Translations under genes and position numbers: made by a program
Part shown: positions 41,399 to 44,791 of the stretch, one piece after another
How positions within the stretch are numbered: position 1 is the first letter of the stretch
Layout: each line of letters begins with the position of its first letter
Notes under the pieces: generated by a model
What the model was told of the DNA's origin: nothing
The model's input: only the letters and a program-made list of their open reading frames with translations
Databases searched by the model: none
DNA from: an uncultured Candidatus Saccharibacteria bacterium
GTDB lineage: Bacteria > Patescibacteriota > Dojkabacteria > J137
Assembly (NCBI GenBank): GCA_964445405.1
Contig: CAYUKX010000002.1
Location: 1-44,791 of the forward strand
Length of the DNA: 44,791 nucleotides
Direction: 5' to 3'

Positions 41399-42292
41399 AT
41401 GGCAAATACAGTAATTTCAATTAAAAGTTTTTATAAAGCATTCGGAACCAAAAAAGTAATTGAAGATTTATCCTTTGATGTATTTGAAGGTGAAATATTC
41501 GCATTCTTAGGTGCAAATGGTAGCGGAAAAACTACAACAATTAGAACACTACTCAATATTTATAAAGCTGATAAAGGAGAGCTAACAATTAATGGTAAAG
41601 TATACGACTCTACAATGGCATCATATTTAGGTTATTTACCTGAAGAACGAGGATTGTACTTAACTTCTAGAGTTTTAGAAACTCTAGTTTATTTTGGCCA
41701 GCTAAAAGGCTTAAGTAAATCAGAATCAACAAATAATGCCCAGGCTTACTTAGCAAAAGTTGGATTAGAAGATAAGGAAAAATCAGAATTAAAAAAATTG
41801 TCTTCAGGGCAACAACAAAAAATACAACTAGGAATAACTGTAATAAATAATCCCAAATTATTAATATTAGATGAACCGACCAAAGGATTAGATCCAGTTA
41901 ATCGAGAACTACTACTTTCTATACTAATGGATTTAAATAATTCAGGATCAACTATTATTTTTAGTACTCATCAAATGGAGGAAGTCGAAAAGATAGCTGA
42001 TCGATTACTAATGATTAAAGATGGTAAACGAGCTTTATATGGAACATTATCTGAAGTTAAGGCAAACTACAGCGATAACTCTATTAAATTAAGCTTTGAA
42101 GGTAGTTTGCCTAGTGAAACAGAGTTATTTACAGCAAATATTAATAAGAACATAGCAACAATATTGTTAAAGCCAGGTATAGCACAAAGTGATGTTATAA
42201 AGTATTTAGCAGATAAGGTAAAAATTAATAGACTCGAAGAAAATTCACCATCACTAAACGATATATTCATTAAAGTTATGAACAGCAAATGA
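41399..42292 (+). CDS. ABC transporter ATP-binding protein (ABC-2/NatA-like)
   Basis: Walker A is GANGSGKTTT, the signature is LSSGQQQK and Walker B is LLILDEPTKGLD. Confidence 0.9.
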   Translation: MANTVISIKSFYKAFGTKKVIEDLSFDVFEGEIFAFLGANGSGKTTTIRTLLNIYKADKGELTINGKVYDSTMASYLGYLPEERGLYLTSRVLETLVYFGQLKGLSKSESTNNAQAYLAKVGLEDKEKSELKKLSSGQQQKIQLGITVINNPKLLILDEPTKGLDPVNRELLLSILMDLNNSGSTIIFSTHQMEEVEKIADRLLMIKDGKRALYGTLSEVKANYSDNSIKLSFEGSLPSETELFTANINKNIATILLKPGIAQSDVIKYLADKVKINRLEENSPSLNDIFIKVMNSK

Positions 42293-43545
42293 AAAAAAGT
42301 TTTATTGTAGCAAAAAGAGAATATATAAAAGTTGTAAGAAAGCCTACATTTTGGTTATCGACTTTATTCCTTCCATTGTTTTTAGTTGTTATATCGTTTA
42401 TCTCGGGGTATTCATCAATGCAACTTGAAGAAAAGTTAAAAAGTGAAGCAGAAAATGCGAATAAAGTTTTAATAGTTGATAGTACAGGCTACATAAAACC
42501 AGAGATTTATTCTGAAAAAATTGTAAGCGCAACAGATGTAAATGCAGGTATTCAAGAAGTTATAAATGGTACAGCAGACGCACTTATATATTACCCTGCT
42601 GACATTGCCCAGAATAAAAAAATAGAGATATATTCACAAGATAAAGGTCTTTTGTTAAATGAATCCTACAATAACCTTGCATCTAACCTATTAAAGCAGA
42701 GCATAATTGTAGATTTAAACGATGCAAATAAAATTACTGTCTACAATGCTGATTTTGATTATCAGGTAAAAACATATAAAGAAGGCAAGGAAACTAACTT
42801 TAGTTTATCTGATTTATTGGTTCCAGGAATATCTTTAGTAATTTATTTTATGTTAACTACATTTGCAGTTAACTACTTGCTTTTAAGTGTTTCAGAAGAA
42901 AAAGAAAATAGAGTAATGGAGATTGTTTTATCTAGTATTTCATCAAAAGATTTAATTTTAGGCAAAATTGTAGGTTTAATTGGAGTAATCTTTACTCAGG
43001 TGTTGTTACTTACCGTATTGTCACTCGTCGGGTTAGTGGTCACATCGGCACTATTAGGTGGTTCAGGCTCAATGTTTGATTTAGGCTCGCTGTTAGGTTC
43101 ATTGAATATTTCAACAGGGCAACTAATTGGGCAAATTGTACTTGGTGTGGTATTTACATTCTCTGGATTCTTTATTCTAGCTTGCACAATGGTTGGTGTA
43201 GGAGCGGCAAGTCCAACGTATAAAGAAGCACAAAGCTTATCATCTATATTTGTATTGCTATCTATTTTCCCGATTTACTTTATTACTATAATAATATCTG
43301 ATCCATCAGGAGATCTAGCAAAGATATTTAGTTTTATACCTTTTACAGCAAGTTTTGTTTTATTGTTTAGAAATGCCTTAGGTGCATTAACGTTACCAGA
43401 AATTATTTTAGGCGTTGTTACACTATTGTTATATTGTGTCATCTTTGTTGTAATTGCTTTTAAACTGTTTGAGTATGGCGCATTAGAATATAGTAAAAGA
43501 ATTTCATTCAAAGAATTCTTCTCAACTTTCTACAGAAAATCTTGA
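42289..43545 (+). CDS. ABC-2 family permease (NatB-like, large extracytoplasmic loop after TM1)
   Basis: It has a 4-nt overlap with the ATPase gene. One N-terminal TM, a ~150-aa loop and about 5 C-terminal TMs make up the protein. Confidence 0.8.
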   Translation: MKKSFIVAKREYIKVVRKPTFWLSTLFLPLFLVVISFISGYSSMQLEEKLKSEAENANKVLIVDSTGYIKPEIYSEKIVSATDVNAGIQEVINGTADALIYYPADIAQNKKIEIYSQDKGLLLNESYNNLASNLLKQSIIVDLNDANKITVYNADFDYQVKTYKEGKETNFSLSDLLVPGISLVIYFMLTTFAVNYLLLSVSEEKENRVMEIVLSSISSKDLILGKIVGLIGVIFTQVLLLTVLSLVGLVVTSALLGGSGSMFDLGSLLGSLNISTGQLIGQIVLGVVFTFSGFFILACTMVGVGAASPTYKEAQSLSSIFVLLSIFPIYFITIIISDPSGDLAKIFSFIPFTASFVLLFRNALGALTLPEIILGVVTLLLYCVIFVVIAFKLFEYGALEYSKRISFKEFFSTFYRKS

Positions 43546-43600
43546 TATTTAGTCTTGTGCTGGTATACTATTAATTGTCACCAACTTTTAGAAATTTAAA

Positions 43601-44053
43601 ATGTTACCTAAAAAGAAAAGAAAGTTTGCCCTCAAAAGTTTTGCCATTGTAAGTGCTATTAGTTTATTTGTTGTTGCAGTATCTTTAGCTACTGGCATAT
43701 TAAGAATAGATATTGTTGCTTCTTCTGTATCAAAAGAAATTCCTGCTAATTATCAAAAACTTGAAGGTAATATTATGGATAAAATCCAAAACGGAAAAAA
43801 CTTTATATTCTTTACATCGAGCTGGTGTGGCCCTTGTCAAACAATGTCTAATATCTATAAATTATCTGCAGAAAAATATTCTGATATAAATTTTTACGAA
43901 GCAGACATAGAGGTAAATAGAGAATTAGCAAATAGTGTATCTGCTGCAAATGCTCCTGTAGTTTTGTTTATGCAAGATGGTAAAGTAATTGGCAATACCG
44001 AAGTAAACTTAAACGAAATTGAAAAGACAGTAGATAAATACGCATCACTTTAG
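43601..44053 (+). CDS. Membrane-anchored thioredoxin-like protein
   Basis: An N-terminal TM is followed by the WCGPCQ active site. Confidence 0.85.
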   Translation: MLPKKKRKFALKSFAIVSAISLFVVAVSLATGILRIDIVASSVSKEIPANYQKLEGNIMDKIQNGKNFIFFTSSWCGPCQTMSNIYKLSAEKYSDINFYEADIEVNRELANSVSAANAPVVLFMQDGKVIGNTEVNLNEIEKTVDKYASL

Positions 44054-44093
44054 TCCTCCAAATTCTGATAAAATGATTTGATTAGATAACTTT

Positions 44094-44738
44094 ATGTATC
44101 TGTTTCTTGCCATATTTATATTTCTTGTCATTACCCAAATTTTCATGGGTATATTTGCATCTTCCGTTAAACGTGGATTGAAAAAGAAGTACAGCTATTA
44201 CCTAGGTGAGCAAATTGAATTTAACAAGATATTGCAGACCTACCAAGAAGAACATCCAAACCTGAGTATATTAGCATCTGACGAAATAAACGACGTTTGT
44301 ATTGCAGAAAATAACTTAATAATTATTAGTAAAAAATCAATTTATGCAAAGGATTTATACAGTAATTTTTTGTTACTTTTCCATTTAAAATTAACAAATC
44401 CCTCACTTAAAGAAGTTCGAAATATATATAACTATCAATCAATTGTTTTTTTAGCGCAGTTATTTAGTCTTGCACTTTTTTTTATACTTAATGTAATTGC
44501 TGGAATTGTACTTGCTTTAGCTTATATATTATTGGCACTCAATATCTTTTTAGTGGTTTATGGTGTTCTTGCTTATTCCAAACTACTTAAGGAAGTTTTA
44601 ATAGACGCTAAGCCCATACTAAAATTAGATAAAGTAGAGGAAGCAAGAGCCGAAACACTAATGAACGAAATTAAATACGAAGTATTAACCTACCCTCTAG
44701 AAATACCTTGGCGATTGACAAGGTTTTGGAGTATATAA
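44094..44738 (+). CDS. Hypothetical membrane protein
   Basis: The 214-aa protein has one N-terminal and about two central hydrophobic helices. I recognise no motif. Confidence 0.5.
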   Translation: MYLFLAIFIFLVITQIFMGIFASSVKRGLKKKYSYYLGEQIEFNKILQTYQEEHPNLSILASDEINDVCIAENNLIIISKKSIYAKDLYSNFLLLFHLKLTNPSLKEVRNIYNYQSIVFLAQLFSLALFFILNVIAGIVLALAYILLALNIFLVVYGVLAYSKLLKEVLIDAKPILKLDKVEEARAETLMNEIKYEVLTYPLEIPWRLTRFWSI

Positions 44739-44791
44739 AACGGGGGTCCATCCATAAGCCGGATTCTGTTTAAAGAATCATTTATCTATTG

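Noticed and set aside
1-44791. An alternative genetic code (UGA recoding, as in some candidate phyla) might apply.
   Set aside because: TGA terminates well-defined genes in ATGA overlaps (pilB/pilC at 9656-9659; methyltransferase/next gene at 15125-15128). All conserved proteins are full length under the standard code.
44739-44791. A short G+C-richer patch (GGGGGTCCATCCATAAGCCGGATTC) at the window edge could be the start of an RNA gene.
   Set aside because: Too little sequence is available. It does not match tRNA acceptor/D-arm geometry or the tmRNA 5' consensus well enough to call.

Overview
The window is AT-rich. Hand counts of several 60-nt lines give about 25-35% G+C. It is gene-dense and uses the standard genetic code: TGA acts as a stop in the ATGA stop/start overlaps at 9656-9659 and 15125-15128. 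Native genes mostly lack Shine-Dalgarno sequences. The gene content looks like a small-genome, monoderm, Patescibacteria/CPR-like bacterium; that assignment is inference only. I found no rRNA, tRNA, CRISPR array, transposase or integrase.

Main blocks:
- (1) 1607-12847, minus strand: a type IV pilus locus. It has two tandem major-pilin paralogs, a hairpin attenuator, a CheY-like receiver, PilB, PilC and four minor pilins. Two of the minor pilins are modular: one carries an LVIVD beta-propeller and one carries two CBM2 carbohydrate-binding modules. They are followed by a PAS histidine kinase and an unusual FNR-like reductase-PAS fusion.
- (2) 12971-16771: a divergent trio of an adenylate-forming enzyme, a SAM methyltransferase and a polytopic membrane protein with a Cache-like ectodomain and no output domain.
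- (3) 19383-25457: a surface-protein cluster. It holds a lamin-tail-domain protein, a 776-aa cysteine-rich modular protein and a DUF11-like paralog. All three share a C-terminal [IL]P[QN][TS]xx[EG]D + TM + basic-tail motif.
- (4) Housekeeping genes: relA/spoT fragment, rluD, hemW, sufC, pheT, recO, typA, FKBP, two lepB, rdgB, an ABC-2 exporter, thioredoxin and an OmpR-type two-component system.
- (5) Three short G+C-rich islands (about 57-60% G+C in lines I counted) at about 18390-18700, 36365-36840 and 37560-37960. Each has its own promoter-like -10 element, a strong Shine-Dalgarno, a small hydrophobic ORF and a GC-rich hairpin terminator. These are compositionally foreign to everything around them.

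The best candidates for something undescribed are the pilus locus with its modular adhesin pilins and redox/PAS wiring, the cysteine-rich surface-protein cluster with its shared C-terminal signal, and the three G+C-rich mini-cassettes. None of these can be proven from sequence alone.
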